This document shows positions 1 to 12,851 of a stretch of 64,000 nucleotides of DNA, piece by piece. Origin of the DNA: Raillietiella orientalis. Taxonomy: Eukaryota. How positions within the stretch are numbered: position 1 is the stretch's first letter; each line of letters begins with the position of its first letter. The notes under the pieces were generated by a model, which made no database searches, was not told where the DNA came from, and was given only the letters and a program-made list of their open reading frames with translations. The stretch is from the NCBI GenBank assembly GCA_036172245.1, contig JAYWIR010000011.1:2170001-2234000 (forward strand). Direction: 5' to 3'. A program made the translations under genes and the position numbers.

Positions 1-710
1 ACCGGTAAATGCAAAAGTACGGATCACAAAAGCTACCCCCAAGTTCTCTTTCGTTTATCGCCTCGAAAGGAAGGTCTTCTTCATGCCAGTGGAATAGGTA
101 CGGCTGAAGCTCACAATTTCCCCCATCCATTCAAGGACGACGTCGTCCGGAGGAACCGGTCCCACGCATAAGAAGAAACGAAAAGAAAAAGTCGTCGAAT
201 GAAATTTTTCAAAAGGAAGACGAATGAGATCGTGAATAAATGGGGGGGAAAAATTGGATAAAAACCAGTTTACTTTATGGAAGCATGGTCTGTACGTCGT
301 CGTCTCATTCACGTGCACCAGGTGTGGCAAACTCATTTCAACGGCGGGCCATTGCATGCGACTGGTAAGATTCACAAGGCTACAAATTTTCTTAAAAATA
401 CAAAAAATAGGGGTTTAATATAAATTTTAAAAATTCAAATAACCGCAGCTACTTACATTTTTTTTAAAATCGAGACAAAGAAATTAGCGCAAATGCCTTT
501 CATTAAAATTCGTTAAATCAACAAAACCTCGGGTCACATTTAACGCTGCATTTGGACTTTGTCTCCCACGGTTGACCAGTGCATCACACAGCACGTGACA
601 TAGCAACGACGTTATTTGCTTTTTCTTCGTAGCATATTCTTCGTGTTTTTCCATTTTATTTCATAGCATAAAATCATTTCATGCATGCGGGCCACATAAA
701 ATCACATCGA

Positions 711-733
711 GGGCCGCCAATTTGACACCCCTG
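711..733. mobile_element. Single terminal inverted repeat resembling a hAT/Charlie DNA transposon end
   Basis: The reverse complement reads CAGGGGTGTCAAATTGGCGGCCC, like Charlie-type termini (CAGGGGTGTCAAAC...GGCCC). No partner end found in the window. Confidence 0.4.
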
Positions 734-2661
734 GCGCGCACGCATGCGCGCTTGTCCAACAGGATGGTCAATGTCGATGGGGGTTCACTTTAGAAAACAA
801 AAAAAAAAAAAAAACGAAATTTCATTTGACGAAACATTTGCAACTCTTTCTTTCATAATATCAGATGAGAAATCAAGCATTTTGAAATTCAGTGTTGCTT
901 TCAAAACGAAAGTGCAATAGATTTGCTCATCGGAAAACCGCCTGCCATGCGGTGGTGCCTCTACTGTAAACAAAAGTGGTATGCAAGAACATTTGCTCCC
1001 TCCGACGAAAGTATTTTAACACGAAAGTACGCATGCATGTGCCGAAGGCAGGGGGGGAGTCGCTGAACTTGCCAGGGCAAATAAATATGATATGATATAT
1101 ATAATATGCATCCAAACGCGGATCCTACCTTACACAATCTGTGGGCAAAAGATCTTCCTACCTGGATGTGTGAGCAGGCAATCGCGTGGAGGACGGAAAA
1201 AGAGGATCGACGAAAGGACCCCCGCGATTGCTTTCTCGGGAAACACCAAAAGAACGAAGAGTAGCAACTGAAATCTGAGATTAGCTCCTTTACGAACATT
1301 TTCCTATCAACTCAAATTAACTAAAAATGCTGCGTGAGACGTGAAATTATTTTTATTTTTACTTTTTTGAAAAAAAAAAAAATACCCTCCAAAATAAGAG
1401 CAAAGACCTTACTCCTTGACTTGAAAACTTCAGGACGTTTTCCCAGCCGAGAGCAATTATCACTGCGGAAAATCAATCACAAAGACTTAGCGACATAAAT
1501 GAAAAATAACACAGCAATCACTTTTCATCACAAAAACGTAATTTTTATATAGCAGAATATGGAAAAGATTTTACAAACAATGATGAGAAAAATGAGGGTT
1601 TTTTGCTCGGAATTTCTCGGGGAAACTAAACCTCCACGAGCTCTGCACACATATGATGGCCACAAATAAACTGACATTGGCAACATGCAGAAAACCCAGC
1701 AGCCAATTTGCTTAACCGAACGTCGGGATTCACCACATGGCTCTTTCATCTTCAATAAACATGGGTGAATACGTCTCAATAACCACTCACTGTAACAATG
1801 ACCGCTATGGTCAGAGGGGCATCTCCAGCATCTCCACAGATAGCATGCCATGCCACCCATTAGTATGCATGAAGCGCTTTGATGCCGATCTTTGCGAGAG
1901 CATGTCGGTATCGATCATTACAGGAAAAAAAAAAACGAACGGATGCCTTCATTTTGTCCAAAGTGAGAAGCAACCAACAACTTAACTAGCAACCTTCACT
2001 TTAAGAAATGAAAATCCAAACGTATCAAAACACTAATGAAGGAGGGCACAAGCAACTGAGATGATACTGCAACTAAAGGAAAGGCACTACTACTGAACAC
2101 AGTAACTTCCTACACTGTTGAAGGCTCAACATGGTAGGCACAGTACTACAATCATGCATGGTGACACTAAAGTACACTCCTGTTTTTTCAAACTCAAAAT
2201 ACACAAAACAGGCCACCACTATATGGATGTTGTGAGTGAGCCACCAACTTGGCAGCTCAAGATAATAAAGACTTGCTGAAATACAGTAAGTCTTCAAAAG
2301 TATGGGCACTCAGCATTAAAGACAAACACCACCCTGGGATTCAAACTTTTACAATGCTGTTTCTTTTAAATGCAAATGGGTAACTGACTAAATCTGTAAC
2401 AAAACTAGATTTTTCAAACATGTATACAAGCATGAAGCTGGGCATGACATGAAAATCAACCAACTGTTGCACATTCCGGTTTAATTTAATCCTTATAATT
2501 TAATTATTATGACTATATAATATACTGTAGCTTAACATGATCATCTTTGTATTATAGAACTCTTTTTATCATTTGCTTCACAGTATTGTTGAAAACTGGT
2601 AAGCAGATGCAACTGGGCCATCCATGGATACAACTTGATTAGAAATTTATCACTAATCTGT

Positions 2662-4454
2662 TCAGCAAAACTTCCAGCGATTTCCACACTCATTGCACAA
2701 AACAAAAGTAGTCATAGGTTCATCTGCACTTCTGGTTTGTACCTATAGAATCAACAATAAATAACCTGAATGAGTGTTACACTTCACCTGATTATAAGTG
2801 CAGTTCCGTTTTTTGCATTTACTACACTTCAATAAGTCTGTTTTACTTCCCTGAACAGTGGCTAATTGGGCATCCTGTATGGATTCCTTAACAAAGCGTT
2901 GTCTCATTTCTTTCATCTCATCACTGGCCATTTCCTGAAAATAATTATAAAAATTGAAACACAATCATGCTGACAAATACATCTGATGTCATTTTTGCTA
3001 ACTGCTCCGGCGAGATAACACAGTTCAAAAAATTGAGTCTCAAGCTGGGATTTTTGACATCTTTCAAGTTGGAAATACGTGACCGAATCCTATTTTTGTA
3101 CTTCATATCAGTATTGTTGAATTCATTAAAGATATGCTCTTCTAACTGGCTTGCAAGCAGTTCACAATCACAGTCATTAGGAATGCCATCTAACATGTGA
3201 ACAGGTGAAAAAAATTCTCGAAATCTGTTTTCTTACTTCCATTTCCATATATTGCTGCCTGTAACATCTCTCGACATTTGAGGCGTACAGAACCAGTTGT
3301 TGGTTTGGGAGGAAAACTTTTGCTATCATTTATACACTTATTTGGAGCTGGTTGTTTGCCTTCTCTTGTCTGTTTGGAATCCAGCTCTTCTCGAATCTCA
3401 GCCCCTGTACTGGGACCTATTAAATTCATCTAAGTCCAAACTAGTGATAGCAATGTGCATCTGTACCAGAAATAAATTTTTTCCAATTTTTTATAAGTAA
3501 TTTAGATAAACTTATAACATTTTCGTTTTTGCTAGACTTGCGTAATGCATTTACAGTCATGCCAATTCGTGTTTTTGTTAACACATCTAAATTTATTGGG
3601 AGATTTTGAAGAACACGAAGTAACTCTAAGGCAGTATCAGGATCCTGAAACAGGTTCTGTGTCAAATCATGAAAAGACTACTATTCCATCATAACAATAA
3701 AACTGGTCAAATGTTTTGAACAATCTGCTCCTTTGAAAGTAACACTTGGGGTTCCCATAAGATTGGAGACAGGTCTGGTTTTCATTTCCACTCTAACAAT
3801 TTTAAATTTCAATTTTAATTACACATTCACTTTCATTAAATTTGCTTAATAATTGTTTACAATTGAGGAAAATTGCATAAATAAATCAAATAAAAGATGC
3901 TTAGTACTCCAGTGCATTTTAACATACACCACAACATCTGGCATACTTACACACAACATAAAAGATGCAGTAAAATTACAAAACATGAAAATTAGATATT
4001 TATTTAAAGTTTTGCTACCACAGCAATGTAGGGATCACATATGTGAAAAAAAAAAAGACACAAGTGACTTCGAAATGCACTACCTTGAAATCCTTACAGT
4101 TGTAATGTAGAAATAAGAAACTTGCTCATGATATTTATAATTAAAGGTATTGAATTTCTAAACTAAACTAATATTAATACTTAACAAGACTTTGGTTTAA
4201 AAAATTTTTACCATTAGCCAAGCAAAATACACATTAGCGTTACCACTACTAAGCAACGGACTGTTGCAAATTGATTGCGCTTTGCATACAAATGCATTTC
4301 TATGAATTCAGATGATCTCGAACGATTTTATTAGCAACTAAAAACTTGATTTATAAACCCAACTATGCATTAGAGACGTGAATAGCAATACCTCTTCAGC
4401 AATCATTTTATTCAGTTTCTTTTGTATTTTGCATACTTCTTCTTCAATTCCCAT
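2662..4454 (-). CDS. TCEA1: Transcription elongation factor S-II (TFIIS), 6 coding exons
   Basis: Exons 4454-4392, 3644-3467, 3416-3237, 3189-2981, 2934-2788, 2742-2662, all GT-AG. Protein [17 protein letters not shown]...[15 protein letters not shown]...[14 protein letters not shown]...zinc ribbon [27 protein letters not shown]. Confidence 0.97.
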
Positions 4455-6191
4455 GGTCCACTAATCAATTACTGTGTTCACACTTTATTAATGCATTATT
4501 TTAAAGGTACTCATCGAAATACAGCCCCATGGTATTCACTCAAAAATTCCGTTTACTCAAAACATCAAAACTTACTGAACTGTCCTGAAATCAGATATCC
4601 TTATTATTGAAAATGATGAACTTACCAAAGAACTTAAAAGTTTAGCAAATTTTAAAAAGTTAAAAACCTGATGAACAAAAATTTTTGAAAAATAACTCTG
4701 TTGAATCCTCACATGGAGACTTTAGTAAACAAAATTAAATGTGAACACACCATATTGAATGCATTCAACTAAAAATGAACACTTGTAAAGAACTAGTTAC
4801 ATAGCACTTGAAATTTTTGTTGCAACATCCTTCCACTGGTAAAGTTGAAATACCCCAACCCTTGCATGTTCATTCAATACACACACAAAAACTTCTGCAA
4901 ACATGCAGGTAATTACTCAAAACTTCAACTTAAAGTCGAGCTTCTCGTCATACATTATACAGGTACCTACTCAGTGAAAATTTATAATTTTTTATACGCT
5001 AATTTTCAGTCTTACTATCAACAGGGCCTAAACAGCTGCATTCAATATTTTGCAGTGCGCAATTACGGGTACCCGTAATCATTAGCATTATCTGCCCGTC
5101 ATGAACAGCAAATTGAGCAAATTGCAATTCAAATTCTTTAGTTTCCCATTACCATTATTCTTGAACATAATCGGTATGAATTGTTTTGAATTTATTTTTA
5201 CATATTGTTGCAGCGAAGTTCGCTTCTGTCATCCATACCTCCATAATGGCGAGCTCAGCTCACGTACGCCTCAAGATTGACATGCTATGCAATTCGTTTA
5301 AAGCTGAGCAACTGGAAAATAAGGCAAGATTATTTGCATCTTAAGGATGTAGACACGAAACGAAATTCAAACAGTATGAAGATGCACGTTGTATTTCTAG
5401 GAAAATCAGTGATTATTCAAACGATCACAACAGAACGATAAAAAAGAGACAACCCACAAAACACACACAGGAATAAGAACGAGTCAATAAATGCCCGTTG
5501 TATTTGAAAACTCAGATTTGGAACAGAATCATCCTTTCTACAATATTGGGGAAAAAGACAGAAACTTTCATTCTATAATTTGTTTTAACTTCAATTTCCC
5601 TTGCGCCTGAATATACTGCCATTACTTCTTAAGAGCTACATCCATATTAACGAACTGTTAAGTAAACTTACATGGAGACATCGAAAACAAATCTGGAAAT
5701 TTGAAAAGATCAGACAAATGTAAATTTAACTGATCAATGCTATGCAAGCCTGACTTAATAAAAAAACAGCATCTGTTCACTAAATAAAGTTACAAATCCT
5801 TTTTGTTTCCCTTTACATGCTTAAAGATTTTTTGCTTTTTTATTTTTATAGCCTCAATATTTTGGTTCCAGATAGCATTTGCACCCATCAAAGAAAATGG
5901 TGCTACCTTCCTTCCACTTCACCTGTCAAAACTGTTAATGAAACTGAGGAATCCAATAATTCTATGTTCGTTTCCTGTTCCTATATTCGATTGTGAATTC
6001 ATCTTTTTGAGCATTCGATAGAGCGCATCTACATGGAGCATTGCATTTCTTATATTTTCTACGATGTTGCCTCTTTCTTTGTCGATTATACGTGCGATCT
6101 GATTAGGATTCCTTAGGTGGTCCCACCACTGAACTGCTATGAGACCATTTTTTAAAACATTTCTTTCTATCTACTATCATATTTTACTTTA

Positions 6192-6259
6192 TATTCATCA
6201 TGTGATCTACTGACTCCAGTTATAAAGATAACTGGAGACGGTGGATCACATGATAAATG
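6192..6259. repeat. Near-perfect hairpin (27-bp core stem, 4-nt loop)
   Basis: atcatgtgatctactgactccagttat (6197-6223), loop aaag, ataactggagacggtggatcacatgat (6228-6254); 2 G-U wobbles and 1 mismatch on the + strand. Confidence 0.85.
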
Positions 6260-8519
6260 GACGATGTTTTACTCAATTTCAGAATTCATTGACCTTGTTA
6301 GAAGCTTCTCTAACTGAGTTGAGATTTCAAACATTAATAATTCAAGCATGACTTTTTCCAATCAGTGATTTTTCTTGTGAAAGTGAAAATTTGTAAGAGG
6401 ATAAACTCCGGATTCCAAGTTTCTGCATTCTTCTCTTATCACATGGATCAAATGAAATCGATCGCTATGAATTCTAGTTGATTTGATATGTGCACAATAA
6501 ATCGTGTTTTCCATAGATGCATCATTTATCATGATATTTGTAACTCTCCGTAGTTGCATCACCAGCTAGCCCAAGTTTCAGTCCAATGAGATACTTGCAT
6601 CCAGCAACAACCTACATGTTTCTAACCTGCTCTACAACTAATAGTCATTCTTATAGAGGAATAGTTCATAGTATTCAGGGCTCCTGAATGACCATTCTGG
6701 ATCAAATTTTCATTATTCGGAAGATCGACTTCTCACTTGAATGAAGAATCCTGAGTCATTTGAAGTAACCAAGCAGTTCAAAGATGGCATGCATGAGATC
6801 ATTTCCTTTATTTGCTATCTCGATCCCTATCTCTAATTTGCTATTTTCACTCTGCAACATTCAACCTTTTTATTATGTCCATCAGATAGCATCGTTCTCC
6901 TCCTTTAGTGTTTTTCATCTGACCTCAACTTCCTATAGAACATATTCCTCCAAGCAACACCCAACAGTATCTTTTATTCAGTCAAACAATTTTAGAATAT
7001 CTTATACGCCTATCACTTTGATATGTTTCATAAAGTGTACAAAATTGTTTGGTAATCTCACTTGATTTTTTTTACCTTCTGTGAGATGGGAGTATTTACA
7101 AATTATTACAAAACGTTGGATCTTCACTATACCTTTGTTAACAAGTCGAGATCCGATTCCTGTTTAAAAATGTCTCAATCTCCAAGGAGCATCATGGATC
7201 CAGTTATTCTTCGTATAATCAAATTCCCAATAGTGGGCAAACCTATGATTCTCTGAATAATCTGATATGCGATGCAATTACAAACATTGAGTCTTCATCT
7301 TCGCAAAATTGGAAGCAGGAAGCAGATACTGCTGGAAACATGTGGACACAGAATGCAGCATGCAGAACTGTGTCAAGAGGTCTTCCTTACCGCTTGGGAA
7401 CTCTTTGATCCTCTAAGTGGCGCTTCCTGCAAAATGTGGATATTGGTAACCTCTTCGCCGTTTCCGGAAATATGCTTTCCAAATTCGCAACGTTCCCAGG
7501 AGCTGGGAGCATACGAGGCGTCGAGATTCCCGTTCGTTCCCAAAACTACCTGATATGCACGAACCATCAGAATGCAAGATACTGCAGGCCACGGATTGCG
7601 AGAAACGTGAGCTGTGAGCACACTGTCTTCACAGGTCTCCCCTTTTGCTTCATGTTATCTTCCTTCCCAGGCTCAAGTAAATAAATACAAATGCTGAGGC
7701 GATGTTCGCCCTCTAACCTCCATCCCGATAATTTCTAACGGAATTTTGCTTGTTGATGGCATAGATCTTTTCGCGATCTGTAGGCAAACATCGCCTTCAA
7801 AGAGGATGCATCTAGACTGCACCCAGAAGCGATTGAAACACCAAGAGACGATTGATTTCTTTACTCTCGAGTGTGCTCGCACTCTCTCCTGTCACTGTTT
7901 GTTCGAACACGAAGTTTGAACAAGCAGAAAATTTCCATCTTTAAACAAGGAGTGCCGTCTCTTAGATGAAGAAGTTCCTTGTCTGGCTGATGGAGCGCTT
8001 GCATCGGGCAAGAATGGAGAACCGCGAAACCATCTGATCGCTGCATACCCTGAGACAAGCGGTTTGAATCTCAGGATACTGCAGAACAGAGTAAACTCTG
8101 CGTGAACAGTGAAGACGATGCATCTGCGCCGCCGTAGAGTGGCAACGAGGAAAATGGCTTTGCAAAGCTTTCTCCCCTGATGGAACGCACGCCACTCATT
8201 CCTCATGTCGACTTTTCCGAAACCTTCAGGAACTACAGGACCCGAATAGAGATTTGTGATCACTGTTCGTTCTCTTATTGACATTAGCCTGGAAGCTTTC
8301 CACTCTCCAGAGAGATACCATGGCCACTCATGAGATGATGAGAGCAGGATAACGATAAGATGTCGCTTCTGTGGTTCATCTGAAAACTATATATTTTATC
8401 GTAAGGTATCGGCTTATCGTAAGTTTTGGAAGTCATAAAAGGATTCGGGTCTAATAATTATTGCCTGCTTGAATAAACAGTGCAATTTTTCCTAAAAAGG
8501 GCAAAAAAAAATTTTTGCA

Positions 8520-9150
8520 CCCCTTTTTAAAAATGATGGGAAGTTTCCTAACAACTCTCCTGCCAAAGTCTACTTAAACAAAGGTCTGCAACATGCATCT
8601 AGTTTCCAATCTTCCATCTCAGTGTTGCTACGAGGTTTGTGAAGCTGCGGCTGAAGGTGGGACCTATTCTCTTGTGTTGCTTTCACATAAGCTTCCACTT
8701 GATACGTTTCTGCCCCATATTGGGAGGTTTTATTTGGCCGAAAAGAATCATCACAGTGGTGGTAGTAACCTTGTTTTTCGAAACACCTGTATCTTCTCTT
8801 GCTTCTGGATCCGACTTTAATATTGATTTAATAAACCTCAGAGCTTTTGCTCTCTACTTTTTTTCCAGGCTGCTTGCTTTATTCACAAAAATACTCCAGC
8901 CTGCCACGAAAAGCATGAACGAAGATGACGGTACATATTCTCACACTGTCCCTTGACAGCCCATTAAGATCATTCTTCCGCTTCCGTCCCCCTATAGCGG
9001 CTAAGCAAGAAGGGCAGCTGCACTTTCGTTTACTTGCATAAGCAATTTCGGTTTCAGAATTCTTGAGAGTGTTTCTTAGAAACAATTGTGCATCGCTGCG
9101 CATAGGGATGACTGTATTTAACATACCAGTGGCTTTTTGTGATCCCAAAT
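8520..9150 (-). mobile_element. Decayed non-LTR retrotransposon (CR1/L2/Jockey group), 3' part of ORF2
   Basis: Frameshifted motifs in the expected order: FRGRLEY (cf. VRPxLEY), KVE..KALRFI (cf. ExVQxxAxRFI), RRVVRKLP (cf. RVVxxWNxLP). Boundaries approximate. Confidence 0.4.
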
Positions 9151-12079
9151 AAATGAATCGATGTCACTAGGATGCAAAAACGATTATGACGACTAGAAAA
9201 TTGAAAAAAAAAAGACCACAACAGCACTTGCAATTTTGTGAGAAATTTGCTTCCGCGGAAGTACGGAAGATGTGTGCGATAATCGACTGGATCATTCATT
9301 GTGAAAAGCATGCAAGCTATCGAGTGGAATAACGCCGAAAAAAAGAAAGGAAGATTTGCAATTACTACATTCCATTTGATCAACAGACATATATTAAGGG
9401 ACTTGTTAGAGGATCTTAGCTAAACTCACAATCTCATTATAACTTACTGATACATTGAGGAAATCAAAAAGTTGGGACATTCTCTAGAATGTCAGCAGTA
9501 TTTCTGATAAGCACATATTTTGTGAATACTTATAATTTGAAGTCAGACAAATTTTCAAATACCAGAAGGTTTAGAAAACCTTGAAAAATTAGTTTAAAAA
9601 ACTTATTGCGAAGACGCATACGTTAGGTGACTTTTTCAACAAAATTACCACGAGCTGCGTAGTAACCTAGAGGAGGAGTCATCCTAGAAAGGGAGGAGGA
9701 TCAGTTGCTATTCATTCAGTTTCTTGGCTGCAAGATTGCTGATACATGAACCTAATTACTGCTAAATTATCTCACAGTGGATCTCAATTTTATCAATATC
9801 ATACAATGTTTTTCATCTAACCTTTAATAAAAAAAATCAGCATTCCCGCTCAACAGTGTGTTCGACTGCATAGCCTTCTCTGCATAGCCAAAAGGAAACC
9901 GAGGAACAATATTATTTTGTAGAATAACAAAAAAAATTTTGAAGCACATGATTCTGCATCTTCGGTTTTTAGTAAAAAAGAAAGGTTCTAAATCTTGTTT
10001 AGGTTAGCGATCCTGCAACTGATTCCTGCTATGACTTGCCCATCAACGAAGAGGAGAGACTACTCGGTTTACGAATCCAAGTTCCAATTTACATTTTCAT
10101 CCTGATTTTGCTCAAGATCATCATTTCCAAACACAAATTCCTTGCATGAGCTCATCTTTTTCCCGACCATTATCATTCCAGCTTGCACATTCTCATTGAA
10201 GAAATCCATTTTTGAAAACTCAAAGGATTTGTCGCACAAACACTTTACCAAATCTGAAGTATATTGGAAAAATGATAAATAAAGAAATCGATAAAAAAAT
10301 TATCAGGAAAAGGAAGTCATTACATATACTTTTTCCCTGATTAGGCAACTTATCACACGGTCTCAGTTGTTGTGATTCCAGCTTGTAAAAAATCTTTATA
10401 AAATCTATCACTCCTACAAGACTGAACCACTACAATTAAAAAAAGTGGCATGAAGGGATACTCATTAATTTAGCACAGGACAGCACTTACGATGGGAATT
10501 TTCTTACTGCGTAAGTAATTATTCTCGATATCCCCAGTTCTCTTCCATTTTGCTCTTCATGATGCAACTTTGTAACTAACCTGTATGTTTGTTTATAAAC
10601 TGTCTTTACAATGATAACTGTGATCATAATCCTTTATACTTGTAGCTTATAAGTTTATGCTATCGAGGTGTACATTTTCACACGTGTGCACCCTGTAATG
10701 TTGGTGTACTTGTCTTTGGAAAAACTTTCCTCTTAGTTCGGTAAAGCAAGAAATGCCAACACCTCATGACTGCCTAATACCTGATTTTCAGACGTATTCT
10801 AATTTCACCAAACCAGGGATTGTTTTGCAAGCATATATTTTAAAATACACTTTCGAGCAGAAATCAAACAGCCATAACTGATATGAACCTGAAAATTTTC
10901 ATGCAGCTTCACGCTTTTGCCGATGGTTTGAAAGCAACCGGCTTAGGCCTTTATGGAAGTTTACTTTACAGCTCACTACGCTTCCCGGAAATTAAATGCA
11001 AAACATTTGAAATCTTTGCTTTTGCAGATGAATACCAAAGTATTCAGAAAAACAGTGATAATGGCACAACATTTACCTAGAATGTTCAATTGGATCATTC
11101 CGAACAATCGATGATTTTGATTTATATTATGGAGTTCAATCATTTCATAAATTCTCCCTTTTTTTTCTTTTTTTACTGATACATGAATTTGGTTCTGGAT
11201 TTTTTTTAATTACCTCATATTAAATGCGGAGCAAAAAGGTTTCGAACCAACTAAACCATTTGTTTTCAAAGGAAAGTAAAAAACAAACAAAAAATGAATC
11301 TGGGCAAGAAATGAAAGTTATTTTTTATTTTACCCATGATAACTTAAACACTACAGCTTGATTTGAATCCTAGATTAATCTTGTACAAAAAGTTCCCCCC
11401 TGTTTTGTAAACTTCTGCTTCTGAACACAATGTCACTAAAGGCATCGTGGGATTCTCAAACTTTTATTAATTTCGCTGATAAAATCCGATCGGATATTAA
11501 CATGAAAATGTATATTTTTTTTATCTCCCATACATCTATCGGAAAAAAAAACATAAATCCGTTGGAAAACTGGAAAACAATTCTTACATTAACTGCATCA
11601 CACAGATTTAAATTCCAACTGAACATGTGTTACATTTTTTTGGTTTTCAGATATTTTCAGTGTTTCATCTATATAAATTCCCCAACTTTGATCTAATCCA
11701 GTCTCTGCTTTAGTTCTCCTTACCATTAATTATATCACATCCCAAACCACATAAACATACCCCTCCACTACTACTGTTATCAGCCACTATTACAGTAATA
11801 ATCAGAACCATTCATTTTTATTTAACATATGCCCTGTGTATACATAGATCTCCATGATGTTTATTTTCTATGGGTGTTATGCTTTCCAAAAACATTGAAA
11901 AACTTGCCAAATTGTATAATTACTAAAGATTTTCAAATAATATACGAAATTTCAAATACAAGCCTTCTTTCTTTTTTTTCCTTACAGGAATCAGACTTTA
12001 TTAATATAATGATTTTACTTTGAATCGGTTTCTCAAAATTGTGGTTGGATACAAAGCCATCTTATCTTGATTTTCTCCT

Positions 12080-12851
12080 CTATTTGAAATGAATCCAGGA
12101 ATAGAAAAGAATCCATGTTACCTAATAAAAAGGAATACAGCTCTGGATTTTAGAATTATCAAATTTACTATAAATTCAGGAAAAACGTGCTTAATCTGAT
12201 ATATGCTTTCAAATTTCAAAATCTACTTTAAAGTTTAATACAACTTTTATCATACTACCAAGAATCCTGCAAACGAAGTCACAAAGCCTTCCCTAAGCAG
12301 CTCCCATATACCTCCATACTCATCTTCATCTACTGCTTGATAGGATGATATGTATAAAAACAACAATACAACTGTGATGACACAGAATCTAAAGAAAAAA
12401 AAGATGTTGTTTCTTTTCAAACTGATTTTAAACTTATATATACAGAACCTCACAGAAAGATTCCTAGGAATCCTTTAAGTGGTATGATTCCCCATATGAC
12501 ACCAAATAAAATTCCTAAAAATTGTCTGAACCAGTAAATAACATCCAAAAATTCTTCCTAAAAAGCATACAAACTGAAATTATTGAGGCAACTGGGGCAA
12601 ATTATTGAGGCTATTATGAAAAAATGAAAAATGAAACTATGTGGCAATAAAACAAAACATCCAAACAAAAAGAATTTCAATGAACACTTGTTTTTTAAAC
12701 ATGGGCTTTCAAATCTAACCTTTTCTGTCCAATTGGATTTTGCGGTGAAGGCTCGTTTCCAGACAGAAACGGAATTTTTTGGAGAATTTGCCTTCGTTGT
12801 GGGTACTTGTTTAAAGCCATTGGAAAACTTTCTTTTCGAAAATCCTTCCAT
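12080..12851 (-). CDS. RAB5IF: RAB5IF/C20orf24 (OPTI/RCAF1) membrane protein, 4 exons
   Basis: Exons 12851-12720, 12557-12454, 12388-12259, 12121-12080. Protein ...WTEK|EEFLDVIYWFRQFLGILFGVIWGIIPLKGFLG...VDEDEYGGIWELLREGFVTSFAGFL|VTWILFYSWIHFK*. Confidence 0.93.

Noticed and set aside
7300..8300. Gypsy-like integrase remnant on the - strand (VCSDQ, MFAYRS..PLEIIG)
   Set aside because: Motifs are too degenerate to support without a profile search.
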